From assembly GCF_000020385.1 (NCBI RefSeq), contig NC_010814.1:3330001-3362000 (forward strand): a stretch of 32,000 bases of DNA, written 5' to 3'. Within the stretch, counting starts at the first letter, position 1. Every line of letters starts with the position of its first letter. Positions 15,666 to 26,116 of this stretch are shown in pieces. The DNA is from Trichlorobacter lovleyi SZ (lineage in GTDB: Bacteria; Desulfobacterota; Desulfuromonadia; Geobacterales; Pseudopelobacteraceae). Under the pieces are notes generated by a model that had not been told where the DNA came from, did not search any database, and worked only from the letters and a program-made list of their open reading frames with translations. Made by a program: the position numbers and the translations under genes.

Positions 15666-17273
15666 CTAGTGGGCAGCAGGCTTGGCAGCGGCGGGTTCAG
15701 TTACAGGCTGCACCGGTGCAGCATGGTCAGCAGGTGCAGTTTCAGCAGCGGGCGCAACCGCAGGTACGGCAACCTTTGCAGTAGTGACCGGCTCAATTCT
15801 GGTATGGGCAATCACCTTCTTAATTGAAGGAGTCATCTTTTCGATGAAGGGGTTGGGGTAGACGCCCAGCACAAAAATCATAACCAGCAACGGAACCATA
15901 ATTGCAATTTCACGCGCATTCAGATCAAGCAGCGCCTGGTTTTTAGGATTATCCAATTCACCAAACATAACACGCTGGAACATCCAGAGCATGTAGACGG
16001 CAGCAAAGATGACACCACTTGAAGCAACAATTGTCCACCAGCGCAGACTGCTTTCGAAACCACCGACCAGAATCAGGAACTCGCCGACGAAACCGTTCGT
16101 ACCTGGAAGTGCAACTGAGGACAGGGTAACGATCATAAAGATGACAGCAAAGATCGGCATCTGCTTGGAGAGGCCACCGAAATCCGTGATAAGACGGGTG
16201 TGACGACGCTCATAGATAAAGCCAACGATAAGGAACAGTGCACCGGTTGAGATGCCGTGATTCAGGTTTTGCAGCAGCGCGCCAGTAACGCCCTGCTCGT
16301 TGAGGGCAAACAGGCCGAGCATCACAAAACCGAGGTGAGCAACCGATGAGTACGCAACCAGCTTTTTTACATCCTCCTGCACCATTGCCACCAAAGCAGC
16401 GTAAATGATACCGATCACCGCAAGTGTCGCAATCAGCGGCGTAAACTGATGGGTAGCCTCCGGGAAGAGCGGCATGGCAAAACGGATAAAACCGTAGGTA
16501 CCCATCTTCAGCATAATGGCGGCCAGGATTACAGAACCTGCAGTCGGGGCCTCAGTGTGAGCATCAGGCAACCAGGTATGGACCGGAAACATAGGCACCT
16601 TGATGGCAAAGGCCAGAGCAAAGGCGGCAAACAGCCAGGTCTGTGTTGCAGGGTCGATCTTGAGATCAAAGAAGTGAACCAGACTGAAATCGGTAATGCC
16701 TGTCTTGGTACCCAGGAAATAGAGATAGATCAGAGCCACCAGCATCAGCAACGAACCGACAAGGGTGTAGATGAAGAACTTGACTGTTGCGTAAAGCCGG
16801 TTTTTGCCACCCCAGATACCGATCATGAAGTACATCGGGATCAGCATTAATTCCCAGAAGATGTAGAACAGGAACAGATCCAATGAAATAAACGCACCCA
16901 GCATTGCCGTTTCAAGGATCAGGAGGCAGATCATATACTCCTTGACCTTGTCCTCAACCGCAGTCCAGGTGGAGAGTACGGCAATAGGCATAATAAAGGT
17001 TGTAAGAATAACCAGCCAGAGACTGATACCGTCAATGCCGATATTGTAGCGCATGGCAAAGGGCCCGGCGGCAATCCAGGGTACATTCTCAACAAACTGA
17101 TACTCTGCATTGGTTTGATAGCCGGTCAGAATTGGCAAACTGGCTATAAATGTGACCACCGTGGTCACTAAGGCGACACTGCGCAGTGCTCCATTGCTCC
17201 CCTTGGGGATGAAGAGCAGCAGAAGTACCCCCACGATGGGCAGGAAGGTCATCACGCTCAGAATGTTACTCAT
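15666..17273 (-). CDS. nuoM: NADH-quinone oxidoreductase subunit M (with Ala/Pro-rich C-terminal tail)
   Basis: ND4/NuoM-like sequence (WLPDAHTEAPTAGSVILA), at the expected operon position. Confidence 0.9.
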   Translation of the reverse strand: MSNILSVMTFLPIVGVLLLLFIPKGSNGALRSVALVTTVVTFIASLPILTGYQTNAEYQFVENVPWIAAGPFAMRYNIGIDGISLWLVILTTFIMPIAVLSTWTAVEDKVKEYMICLLILETAMLGAFISLDLFLFYIFWELMLIPMYFMIGIWGGKNRLYATVKFFIYTLVGSLLMLVALIYLYFLGTKTGITDFSLVHFFDLKIDPATQTWLFAAFALAFAIKVPMFPVHTWLPDAHTEAPTAGSVILAAIMLKMGTYGFIRFAMPLFPEATHQFTPLIATLAVIGIIYAALVAMVQEDVKKLVAYSSVAHLGFVMLGLFALNEQGVTGALLQNLNHGISTGALFLIVGFIYERRHTRLITDFGGLSKQMPIFAVIFMIVTLSSVALPGTNGFVGEFLILVGGFESSLRWWTIVASSGVIFAAVYMLWMFQRVMFGELDNPKNQALLDLNAREIAIMVPLLVMIFVLGVYPNPFIEKMTPSIKKVIAHTRIEPVTTAKVAVPAVAPAAETAPADHAAPVQPVTEPAAAKPAAH

Positions 17274-17310
17274 CGAATCTGCTCCTTTAGTACAAATTAC
17301 AGAAGGTTAG

Positions 17311-19314
17311 TTACTTGAACAGGTAGTAGCCGATGATTACAACCACGCCGAAGGCCATGGACCAGGCATAATTGTAGATCTGACCGGTTTGCATGTAGCG
17401 GATAACTCCACCAAATGCCATAACCACGTGGGCAACACCATTAACAATACCGTCAACAACCAGAACATCGAAGCCTTTCCAGAGGAACCGGCCGAGAGCC
17501 TTACAAGGGTTGACGATCAGGAAATCATACAGTTCGTCAATGTACCACTTGTTATAGACAGCGCGATGCAGAGCAGGGAATGCGCTGGTAAACTTCTTGG
17601 GGATTTCTGGACTTGCGATGTAAAGCAGATAAGCAACGCTGATACCAACCACAGCAATTACCACTGAGGTGCCCATCAGACCCCACTCAAGTGCATGGCT
17701 GTGATGTCCGTGGTGGGTATGAGCCTGAATGTAGGCATTGGCATTGGCAAATACCGGCTCAAGGTAGTGCTCAAGATAGTTGGGAATACCGCCAAACAGA
17801 TCACCGATCAGCTTTGGCAGACCGATATAACCACCAACAATGGAGAGAATTGCCAGTACAATCAACGGAAACACAATAACCATCGGTGATTCGTGCAGAT
17901 GCTTTTCAGCCCCGGGCTTGATCCGGCACGAGCCGTGAAAGGTCATGAACACCAGGCGGAACATATAGAATGCGGTCATCAGTGCAGCACAAGCACCAAG
18001 TCCCCAGAGCAGCATGTTCAGGCCGCCATGCAGCGGGTTGGCAAAGGCCTGCCAGAGGATCTCGTCCTTGGAGAAGAAACCGGAGAAACCTGGGATACCT
18101 GCAATGGCAATGGTGGCAACTAGGAAGGTGCCGTAAGTCATGGGCATGTACTTGGCAAGCCCACCCATGTTGCGCATATCCTGTGCGTCATCATGTGAAT
18201 GTACATGATGCAGTGCCCCATGCATGGAGTGGATGACAGCACCGGAACCAAGGAACAGACAGGCCTTGAAGAACGCATGGGTCATCAGGTGAAACACACC
18301 CGCAGTAAAGGCGCCAACACCCATGGCAAGGAACATGTAACCTAGCTGTGAGACCGTTGAATACGCCAGCACCCGCTTGATATCGTTCTGTGCAGTACCG
18401 ATGGTTGCAGCAAAGAAGGCTGTACAGGCACCGATCACAGCAACCGTCATCATGGTTTCAGGAGAGCGGATAAACAGGTAGCTCATCCGGGCAATCATGT
18501 ACACACCAGCGGTAACCATGGTAGCAGCATGGATCAGGGCGGAAACCGGTGTCGGGCCTTCCATCGCGTCCGGAAGCCAGGTATAGAGCGGAATCTGTGC
18601 CGACTTACCGGTTGCCCCCAGGAAGAAACAGAGGGTGATAATGGTTACCACGCCACCGGTAGGGAACAGATTGGCATTACTGGCCAGCTCGGTAAACTGG
18701 ATGGTCCAGATACCGTGGTTCTGCCCCAGCCACCAGAACAGGGTGAAAGTACCCAGCAGGAAGCCAAAGTCGCCGACCCGGTTCATGACAAAGGCCTTCT
18801 TGCCGGCGTCACCTGCAGACTTCTTATGAAAGTAGTAGCCAATCAGCAGGTAGGAACAAAGACCAACACCTTCCCAGCCAACGAACATCAGCAACAGGTT
18901 GTTGCCAGTCACCAGCAGCAGCATGGAGAACACAAACAGGTTCAGGTACGCAAAGAAACGATAAAAGCCTTCCTCGCCATGCATGTAACCAATGGAGTAG
19001 ATGTGGATCAAGGTACCGATACCGGTGACCACCAACAACATCAGACAAGAAAGTGGGTCGATCAGAAAGGCGATATCAGCATTAAAGGTGCCTGCCGTCA
19101 TCCAGGTGAAGATTTTGACGTTTACTGACCGTTCTGCCGACGGTAGACCGATCAGCTTGATGAAGGTCATAACCGACACGATGAAGGAAGCAAATACGGC
19201 AAGAGCGCCGATGCTACCAATGACCGTCTCGTTCTTGATCTTTTTCCCCAAGAGACCGTTAATCAAGAAACCGATCAGGGGAAACAGTGGTATCAGCCAC
19301 ACATTGTCGAACAT
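17311..19314 (-). CDS. nuoL: NADH-quinone oxidoreductase subunit L
   Basis: 667-aa ND5/NuoL-like (WLPDAMEGPTPVSALIHAATMVTAG) with a C-terminal lateral-helix region. Confidence 0.92.
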   Translation of the reverse strand: MFDNVWLIPLFPLIGFLINGLLGKKIKNETVIGSIGALAVFASFIVSVMTFIKLIGLPSAERSVNVKIFTWMTAGTFNADIAFLIDPLSCLMLLVVTGIGTLIHIYSIGYMHGEEGFYRFFAYLNLFVFSMLLLVTGNNLLLMFVGWEGVGLCSYLLIGYYFHKKSAGDAGKKAFVMNRVGDFGFLLGTFTLFWWLGQNHGIWTIQFTELASNANLFPTGGVVTIITLCFFLGATGKSAQIPLYTWLPDAMEGPTPVSALIHAATMVTAGVYMIARMSYLFIRSPETMMTVAVIGACTAFFAATIGTAQNDIKRVLAYSTVSQLGYMFLAMGVGAFTAGVFHLMTHAFFKACLFLGSGAVIHSMHGALHHVHSHDDAQDMRNMGGLAKYMPMTYGTFLVATIAIAGIPGFSGFFSKDEILWQAFANPLHGGLNMLLWGLGACAALMTAFYMFRLVFMTFHGSCRIKPGAEKHLHESPMVIVFPLIVLAILSIVGGYIGLPKLIGDLFGGIPNYLEHYLEPVFANANAYIQAHTHHGHHSHALEWGLMGTSVVIAVVGISVAYLLYIASPEIPKKFTSAFPALHRAVYNKWYIDELYDFLIVNPCKALGRFLWKGFDVLVVDGIVNGVAHVVMAFGGVIRYMQTGQIYNYAWSMAFGVVVIIGYYLFK

Positions 19315-19380
19315 TGAGCTACTCCTTTATCTCGTCATTACAGGTTCAAATTCGGACTATTGCTTAGTGCTGCAAGCCGA

Positions 19381-19683
19381 CTACCACTTCATCAGGTTGG
19401 CATCATCAATATCAATTGACTCGCGGTTATTGAAGAAGGCAATAAACAGGGCCAAGCCGACAGCAGCCTCAGCGGCAGCAACGGTCATAATAAAAAACAC
19501 AAATATCTGACCGTCAAGGTTGCCAAGGTGGCGTGAAAAGGCGACAAAAGTCAGGTTAACAGCGTTCAGCATCAACTCAATGCACATAAAGACCACAATG
19601 GCATTTTTACGGGTAAGAACCCCGATGGTGCCGATGGAGAACAGTACGGCGCTGACAATAAGATAGTTGCTCAGATTATCCAT
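19381..19683 (-). CDS. nuoK: NADH-quinone oxidoreductase subunit K
   Basis: 100-aa, 3-TM ND4L-like (AEAAVGLAL). Confidence 0.9.
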   Translation of the reverse strand: MDNLSNYLIVSAVLFSIGTIGVLTRKNAIVVFMCIELMLNAVNLTFVAFSRHLGNLDGQIFVFFIMTVAAAEAAVGLALFIAFFNNRESIDIDDANLMKW

Positions 19684-19696
19684 GGTAACGACACCT

Positions 19697-20209
19697 CTAG
19701 GAGAGTTTTCTCTTGGCCAGGATCACTGCGCCGACAATGGCAACCAGCAGCAGGATCGATGTTACTTCAAAAGGAAGCAGGAAGTCGGTAAACATCACCT
19801 TGCCAATCAGCTCGGTATGACCCTTGCTGTTGATCAGCTCTGAAGTAATCTGACCTACAGGCTGAGACACCTTGCCCCGGGTCAGAAACAGACCGGAAAG
19901 CAGTAGTGTGGCAATTCCGATAACACTGCCCAGGGCAATCTGATGTGAACCTTTTTTGTTTGCATCAACCCTGATATTCAGCAGCATGATGGTGAAGACA
20001 ATCAGAACCATGATAGCGCCGGCATAAACGATGATCTGAACAGCGGCCATAAAGGGAGCGTTCAGCATGGCATAATAGGTTGCCAGGCAAAAGAACGTCA
20101 GCACCAGAGAGAGCGCACTGTTGATCGGGTTCTTGCAGGTCACGACCATCAGGGCCGATACTATGGCCACTACAGTGACGAGGGCAAAGAAGACAGATGA
20201 GATGTCCAT
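19697..20209 (-). CDS. nuoJ: NADH-quinone oxidoreductase subunit J
   Basis: 170-aa ND6-like membrane protein between nuoI and nuoK. Confidence 0.88.
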   Translation of the reverse strand: MDISSVFFALVTVVAIVSALMVVTCKNPINSALSLVLTFFCLATYYAMLNAPFMAAVQIIVYAGAIMVLIVFTIMLLNIRVDANKKGSHQIALGSVIGIATLLLSGLFLTRGKVSQPVGQITSELINSKGHTELIGKVMFTDFLLPFEVTSILLLVAIVGAVILAKRKLS

Positions 20210-20222
20210 GTACAGCGCTCCT

Positions 20223-20630
20223 TTATTTCTTTTCTAAAAGTCGTTCCTTGGTAAAAACAAAGTCTTCGCGACGATAATTGGCAAGTTCAAACTCACCGGT
20301 CATCTTCAGTGCATCAACCGGACAGGCTTCAACACAGTAGCCGCAGAAGATACAGCGCAGCATATCTATTTCATACTTGGCTGCAAACTTGTCGTGATTT
20401 GCATCCTCGCCCGCCTCAACCGTAATACATTTTGCAGGACAAACCGTCGGACAAAGATAGCAGGCAACACACTTGGCCTTGTTATGAGAAACTTTCAGCG
20501 CATGCAGACCACGGAAACGCTCGGCAACCTTGGGGCGCTCATCTGGATACATGAGGGTAACCGGTTTTTTAAACACGTGACCCAGCGTGATTTTCATTCC
20601 TTGCATTATTGGTGTAAACGGATTCGGCAT
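20223..20630 (-). CDS. nuoI: NADH-quinone oxidoreductase subunit I (2x[4Fe-4S])
   Basis: CVACYLCPTVCP and CIFCGYCVEACP motifs. Confidence 0.92.
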   Translation of the reverse strand: MPNPFTPIMQGMKITLGHVFKKPVTLMYPDERPKVAERFRGLHALKVSHNKAKCVACYLCPTVCPAKCITVEAGEDANHDKFAAKYEIDMLRCIFCGYCVEACPVDALKMTGEFELANYRREDFVFTKERLLEKK

Positions 20631-20688
20631 AACGTCGTCCTTTTTATTGCTTTAGTTCTTTATTGGCTCTGAAGGCAACCGAGTTGGT

Positions 20689-21783
20689 CTAGTTTCCGAA
20701 CAAACCGCTAAAGGTATAGAAGCCGAAATGGCCAGCAATAGCAGTTATTACGATCAGGGCCAGTGTTGTTGGCAGCATGACCTTCCAGCCCAGATGCATC
20801 AGTTGGTCATAGCGATAACGGGGCAGGGTGGCCCTGATCCACATGGCCAGGAACATCAGGAAATACACCTTGGCAATGAAATAGAGCGGGGAAAGCCAAG
20901 GTATGGCGCTTACAAAAGGCCCATCCCAACCACCAAGGAACAGGGTTACCATAACAGCACTGACGGTTACCATATTGGCATACTCAGCCATAAAGAACAT
21001 GGCGTATTTCATGGAAGAGTATTCAGTACAGAAACCGGAAACCAGCTCTGTTTCAGCCTCAGGAAGGTCAAAGGGGGTCCGGTTGACTTCAGCCAGCGTC
21101 GCAACATAGAAGATCATACCGGCAACAAAGGTCATCGGGCTGTTCCAGATAAACCACTTCATTCCTGACTGAGCCTTGATAATCTCCTGCAATGAAAGGG
21201 ACTCAACCAGCATAAAGACAGGGATAATAGCCAGTCCGGCTGCAAGTTCATACGAGATCATCTGGGCTGACGAACGCAGACCACCGATCAGGGAGTACTT
21301 ACTGTTGGATGACCAACCGGCCAGGACGATCCCGTACACACCCAGTGAAGACATGGCAAGAACGTACAGAACGCCGACATTCATATCCACGACTTTACCG
21401 ACACCGGCGTCATAGTAGCCGACAATCTGCAATGGCACATCGTAGCCAAAGATCTTGATTGTGTCCCCGAACGGGATGACGGCAAATGTAATAAAGGCCG
21501 GAATCAGTGCAACAAGCGGCGCAAGCAGAAAGGCAAACTTGTTCGCTTCTGACGGTATAATCTCTTCCTTAAAAAAGAGCTTCAAGCCGTCTGCAATCGG
21601 TTGCAACAACCCCATTGGTCCTGTCCGGTTCGGCCCGATCCGTACTTGCATCCAGCCGATTATCTTACGCTCGGCATAGGTCGCATAAGCCACGGTAAGA
21701 AGCACGAATACAAACGCGATCAGCACCTTGGCCACCATGGCGATGTAGTAGTACAGCGGCAGTCCTAGAATCTCGATTCCCAT
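20689..21783 (-). CDS. nuoH: NADH-quinone oxidoreductase subunit H
   Basis: ND1-like (YAERKIIGWMQVRIGPNR..., ...EAETELVSGF.TEYS). Confidence 0.92.
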   Translation of the reverse strand: MGIEILGLPLYYYIAMVAKVLIAFVFVLLTVAYATYAERKIIGWMQVRIGPNRTGPMGLLQPIADGLKLFFKEEIIPSEANKFAFLLAPLVALIPAFITFAVIPFGDTIKIFGYDVPLQIVGYYDAGVGKVVDMNVGVLYVLAMSSLGVYGIVLAGWSSNSKYSLIGGLRSSAQMISYELAAGLAIIPVFMLVESLSLQEIIKAQSGMKWFIWNSPMTFVAGMIFYVATLAEVNRTPFDLPEAETELVSGFCTEYSSMKYAMFFMAEYANMVTVSAVMVTLFLGGWDGPFVSAIPWLSPLYFIAKVYFLMFLAMWIRATLPRYRYDQLMHLGWKVMLPTTLALIVITAIAGHFGFYTFSGLFGN

Positions 21784-21828
21784 CGGTCCCTCTTCCTTCT
21801 CTGGTAGCGTTAAGACTCAGACAAATCG

Positions 21829-24276
21829 TTACTTGGAAATGGTTACGCCAGTTACAGCAGCACCAGACCAGACAGTATTAATTGATGCATCGGCAAAGTG
21901 ATACGGGGCAAAAACAACTCCCTCAGGCATCCGCGGAGAAATCCGTGCCTTAACGCAAACCGTACCGGTGGCTGACGTCAGCTTTACTTCCGCACCTTCG
22001 ATAATATTCATTCTTGCCGCATCGCTGCGTGAAAGCTCAACATAGGCCTCACCACAGACCGATACGGTTCCCTCTCCATGCAGTGACATGGTTCCGCAGT
22101 GATACAGGGCAGCGCCGGTCAGCAAGGCAAACTTGCCGGGCTCAACAGCTGTGGTGGTTGCCTTAGGAACAACCTGTACCGGCTGCAGCTTAAGCAAGGG
22201 GAATGCACCAGCTTCGCCAAGCTCAAGATATGAAATTCCGGCATAGGCGGAGATCTGTGCAAATGCCTCTGCTGGAGTGGCAGCAGGTTGACCACCGAGT
22301 TGACGGATCAGCTCGCCATAGACCTGAAACTCAGAGCGGCTTTGACCAACAGCCGGTATGACGGCTGAGATCTTTTGCACTCTGCGATCAGTCGAGGTAA
22401 AAGTGCCTTCTTTTTCTGCATAGGAGCAGACCGGCAGCACAACATCAGCCATCTGGGCTGTCTCGGTCAGGAACAGATCTGCAATCACAAGGAACTCAAC
22501 AGCATCAAGGGCCTTTTTAACCGACAACTGGCCAGGATAGGAAACCACCGGATTTTCACCGGCGATCAGCAGTGTCTTGATGCTGCCATTGGCACAACCG
22601 GCAAGGATCTGCTGGGCATCCAGGCCACCCTCGCCAGGAATAAAACCAACATCAAGCGCACCTTGGCTGTTATTCTTTTCCTGAAGTGCAAGAATACCGG
22701 AGCCCTCTTTGCCCAGCTTGCCACCCAGAATAGCCAGATTGGCAGCGGCGTGGGCCAGTTGTGCATCAGCACCAGGATAGGCAAGCCCTGCAGTAAAGAG
22801 AATGATAGCCTTCTCAGCAGCGGCATAGGCACGAGCCAGCTCACGAATGGCATCAGTAGCAACACCGGTAAGCTCGGCAACCTTCTCCGGGGTAAAATCA
22901 TTCAGTGCAGCAGCAAGCTCGGCGGTTGCCGGAGTAACTGCCAGATTCTCATCAACCAGCACCTTTGCAACGGCATTCAGCAAGGCGACATCACTGCCGG
23001 GCCTGTTAAGCAGCAGATTTGCCCCAGGCAGTCGGGACAGTTTGCCACGCTTGTCTGATACAATCTGGAGACTGACGCCCTTGTTCTTGACAGCCATGTT
23101 AATTTCAAAACCGACTACCGGGTGGGTCTCATAGACATCGGTCTTAATGGCCAGAATCAGATTGCTCTTCTGAATATCAAGAATCGTTGCTGAAGAAGCG
23201 GCAACGCCGAGGCTCTTGCCAAGCCCTTCAGATACTGCTGCATGGCCATAACCGGCTGAATGATCAATATTCTGTGAGCCGACCTGTTGTGTCATCAACT
23301 GCTTCAACAACACCAGCTCTTCATTGGTCATGCGTGGGGTTGCAAGGGCTGCAGCAGCAGAACCGGCCCCCTTCAAACGCTCAACCACCAGCGACAAGGC
23401 CTCATCCCAGCCAGCTTCAACCAATTGACCATTCTTGCGAATCAGCGGATTTTTCAGACGCTTGTCAGAGCTGATGAATTGATAGCCAAAACGGCCGCGC
23501 ACACAGAGTTGACCATTATGGAAGCCCTGGTTTTCATCATAGACCGTCGTCAACACCTTGTTATCCTTAACACCAAGGGTAACGTTACAACCGGTTCCGC
23601 AATAACCGCAGACCGACTTCTTCTTTGTCATAGCCCAGAAACGGGATTTGAATTTAAAGGGGCGTGCAAGCAACGCACCTACAGGGCAGACTGAGATACA
23701 GGAACCGCAGAACTCACAGCTGAGCGGACCGTCAAACTCCGTACCAATCTTGGTCTCAATACCCCTGCTAATGAAGGTAAGAGCGCCACGAGCCACAATT
23801 TCATCACAGATACGGACGCACTTACCACAGAGCACACAACGGTTTTGATCGCGCTCAATCAGTGGATTGTTATAGTCGATTTCATGATGGAATTTTTCAT
23901 CGGCCAAACGGTTGGAGTTGACCTTGTGATCATAGGCAAGGTTCTGCAGTTCACAATCACCACCCTTGTCGCAAACAGGGCAGTCAAGTGGATGGTTGAG
24001 CATCAACAGCTCCAAAACCAGTTTACGAGCCTTATCAACCGGTGGTGTGCTGCTGCGGACGATCATACCTTCAGTGACCGGTGTCGTACAGGCAGGGATC
24101 AAACGTCCCTTCATCTGCTCGACTTCCACCAGGCACATACGGCAGGCGCCAAAGGGCTTCAGCTTCTTGTCATGGCAAAGGATCGGAATATTGATGCCAG
24201 CGGCTTTGGCAGCATCATAAATCGTTGCATCCTTTTCTACTGATACCTGCTTGTCATCTATCGTCAGAGTGACCAT
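21829..24276 (-). CDS. nuoG: NADH-quinone oxidoreductase subunit G (75-kDa type with molybdopterin-like domain)
   Basis: N-terminal 2Fe-2S CHDKKLKPFGACRMC. HPLDCPVCDKGGDCELQ. CVLCGKCVRIC. 815 aa. Confidence 0.92.
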   Translation of the reverse strand: MVTLTIDDKQVSVEKDATIYDAAKAAGINIPILCHDKKLKPFGACRMCLVEVEQMKGRLIPACTTPVTEGMIVRSSTPPVDKARKLVLELLMLNHPLDCPVCDKGGDCELQNLAYDHKVNSNRLADEKFHHEIDYNNPLIERDQNRCVLCGKCVRICDEIVARGALTFISRGIETKIGTEFDGPLSCEFCGSCISVCPVGALLARPFKFKSRFWAMTKKKSVCGYCGTGCNVTLGVKDNKVLTTVYDENQGFHNGQLCVRGRFGYQFISSDKRLKNPLIRKNGQLVEAGWDEALSLVVERLKGAGSAAAALATPRMTNEELVLLKQLMTQQVGSQNIDHSAGYGHAAVSEGLGKSLGVAASSATILDIQKSNLILAIKTDVYETHPVVGFEINMAVKNKGVSLQIVSDKRGKLSRLPGANLLLNRPGSDVALLNAVAKVLVDENLAVTPATAELAAALNDFTPEKVAELTGVATDAIRELARAYAAAEKAIILFTAGLAYPGADAQLAHAAANLAILGGKLGKEGSGILALQEKNNSQGALDVGFIPGEGGLDAQQILAGCANGSIKTLLIAGENPVVSYPGQLSVKKALDAVEFLVIADLFLTETAQMADVVLPVCSYAEKEGTFTSTDRRVQKISAVIPAVGQSRSEFQVYGELIRQLGGQPAATPAEAFAQISAYAGISYLELGEAGAFPLLKLQPVQVVPKATTTAVEPGKFALLTGAALYHCGTMSLHGEGTVSVCGEAYVELSRSDAARMNIIEGAEVKLTSATGTVCVKARISPRMPEGVVFAPYHFADASINTVWSGAAVTGVTISK

Positions 24277-24314
24277 CTCAACCTCGTCTTACGTAAGTTG
24301 TCTCTAGGAACCGT

Positions 24315-26087
24315 CTACTCAATCGCCATGAAACGGCAGGCGTCATAACAGGACTTACACTTGGTGCACTTTTCTTTATCCAGATAGGCAATTTGACCTT
24401 TTTCCCAGACAATCGCATCAACCGGACAGGCTTTCTTGCAGGCACCGCACTTGACACACTTATCCTCAACGATCTGCCAGAGCAGCAGTTCTTTACAGGA
24501 GTTTGAAGGGCAACGTTTATCGGTGATATGCGCCTCATACTCATCGCGGAAGTAACGAATGGTGGAGAGTACCGGGTTAGGTGCTGTCTGACCGAGACCG
24601 CACAAAGAGGCTTGCTTAATCGTAGTACCAAGGTCAATCAAGGTCTCCAGATCACCCTCACGACCATTGCCTTCAGTAATTCTGATCAATATATCCAACA
24701 TGGCCTTCAGACCGATCCGGCAGGGAACGCACTTACCGCACGACTCCATCCGGGTAAAGGTCAGGAAGAATTTTGACACATCGACCATACAGGTGGTTTC
24801 GTCCATAACAACCAGACCACCCGATCCCATCATGGCACCAGCCTTAATCAGGGAGTCATAATCAACCGGAGTGTCAAGAATTTCTGCCGGGATACAGCCG
24901 CCCGATGGGCCACCGGCCTGAACTGCCTTGAATTTACGGTTATTGAGGATACCACCGCAAACGTCGTAGATAACCTCACGCACCTTCATACCAGCCGGCA
25001 CTTCAACCAGACCGGTATGCTTAACCTTACCGGTTACCGCAAAGATCTTGGTACCCTTGGTGGTCTCTGTTCCGATTGCCGCATACCACTCAGCACCGTT
25101 GTTAATGATGTGGCGAACGTTTGCAAAGGTTTCAACGTTGTTGATGTTAGAGGGGTGTTGCCAGAGGCCCTTGACCGCCGGGAAAGGCGGACGGGGACGA
25201 GGCATACCACGCTCCCCTTCAATGGAGGCCATCAGAGCGGTTTCCTCACCACATACAAAGGCGCCCGCTCCTTTTTTAATCCGCATGTCGTACTCGAAAC
25301 CGAGCCCCATGCAGTTTTTGCCCAGATAGCCCTTTTCATAGCAGACATCAATCGCCTTCTGAAGACGGTCAATGGCCAGAGGATATTCAGCCCGCACATA
25401 GACATAACCAAATTGTGCACCGATGGCATAACCGGCAATCATCATGCCTTCAATCAGGCAGTACGGGTCACCTTCGAGAATTGAACGGTCCATAAAGGCG
25501 CCTGGATCACCTTCGTCGGCGTTACAGATGATATATTTATGGTGACCCGGTGAAGCTGCACAGAAAGACCATTTCAAGCCGGTAGGAAAACCGCCCCCCC
25601 CCCGACCGCGCAGACCTGATTTTTTCACCTCTTCGGTAACTTCGGCAGGCTTCATGGTCTTGATGCACTTTTCAATCGCCTTAAAACCGTCTGTTGCAAG
25701 GTAGGCATCAAGCGACTCTGCATCAATCTGACCGCAACCCGACATAACAATCCGACGCTGAGCATCAACAAACTTGTTATAGTAAGGCTTGGCTTTGCGC
25801 TTCTCATTCGGCTCGCCAGCAACAATATGTTCTTCTACAAGCTTGGCAACCTCTTCAGGCTGAACAAAGTCATAGGTAGTACAGCCCTTGTCATCGACGA
25901 TATCAACAAGTACGTCGTTGGCGCAGAGACCGCGACAACCGGTTTTAACAATATCACAGCGCTTGCCGACGGTAGCACTCAGCCCCTTTTCGGCAATGAT
26001 CCGGTTGAACTCGGCTTCTACCTTCTTAGCGCCGGCGGAGATGCCGCCCGTTCCCTGGCAGATCAATATCTTGATAGCTTCAGCCAT
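24315..26087 (-). CDS. nuoF: NADH-quinone oxidoreductase subunit F, extended form (N-terminal thioredoxin-like domain + 51-kDa core + C-terminal 2x[4Fe-4S] ferredoxin domain)
   Basis: GRGGGGFPTGLKW (FMN/NADH site). ESCGKCVPCR (N3). C-terminal CVKCGACKKACP and CTKCKSCYDAC. 590 aa. Confidence 0.9.
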   Translation of the reverse strand: MAEAIKILICQGTGGISAGAKKVEAEFNRIIAEKGLSATVGKRCDIVKTGCRGLCANDVLVDIVDDKGCTTYDFVQPEEVAKLVEEHIVAGEPNEKRKAKPYYNKFVDAQRRIVMSGCGQIDAESLDAYLATDGFKAIEKCIKTMKPAEVTEEVKKSGLRGRGGGGFPTGLKWSFCAASPGHHKYIICNADEGDPGAFMDRSILEGDPYCLIEGMMIAGYAIGAQFGYVYVRAEYPLAIDRLQKAIDVCYEKGYLGKNCMGLGFEYDMRIKKGAGAFVCGEETALMASIEGERGMPRPRPPFPAVKGLWQHPSNINNVETFANVRHIINNGAEWYAAIGTETTKGTKIFAVTGKVKHTGLVEVPAGMKVREVIYDVCGGILNNRKFKAVQAGGPSGGCIPAEILDTPVDYDSLIKAGAMMGSGGLVVMDETTCMVDVSKFFLTFTRMESCGKCVPCRIGLKAMLDILIRITEGNGREGDLETLIDLGTTIKQASLCGLGQTAPNPVLSTIRYFRDEYEAHITDKRCPSNSCKELLLWQIVEDKCVKCGACKKACPVDAIVWEKGQIAYLDKEKCTKCKSCYDACRFMAIE

Positions 26088-26116
26088 GTGTTCTGTCCCC
26101 TGACGAACGTCCCGAA

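Noticed and set aside
18529-19128. 199-aa ORF antisense to nuoL. Similar cases are 22375..23058 (227 aa) antisense to nuoG and 25017..25484 (155 aa) antisense to nuoF
   Set aside because: For the nuoL and nuoG cases, I checked the arithmetic and both are codon-aligned antisense artefacts of the same kind as the nuoD case. The nuoF case was not frame-checked, but it lies wholly inside a well-supported gene and has no independent support.
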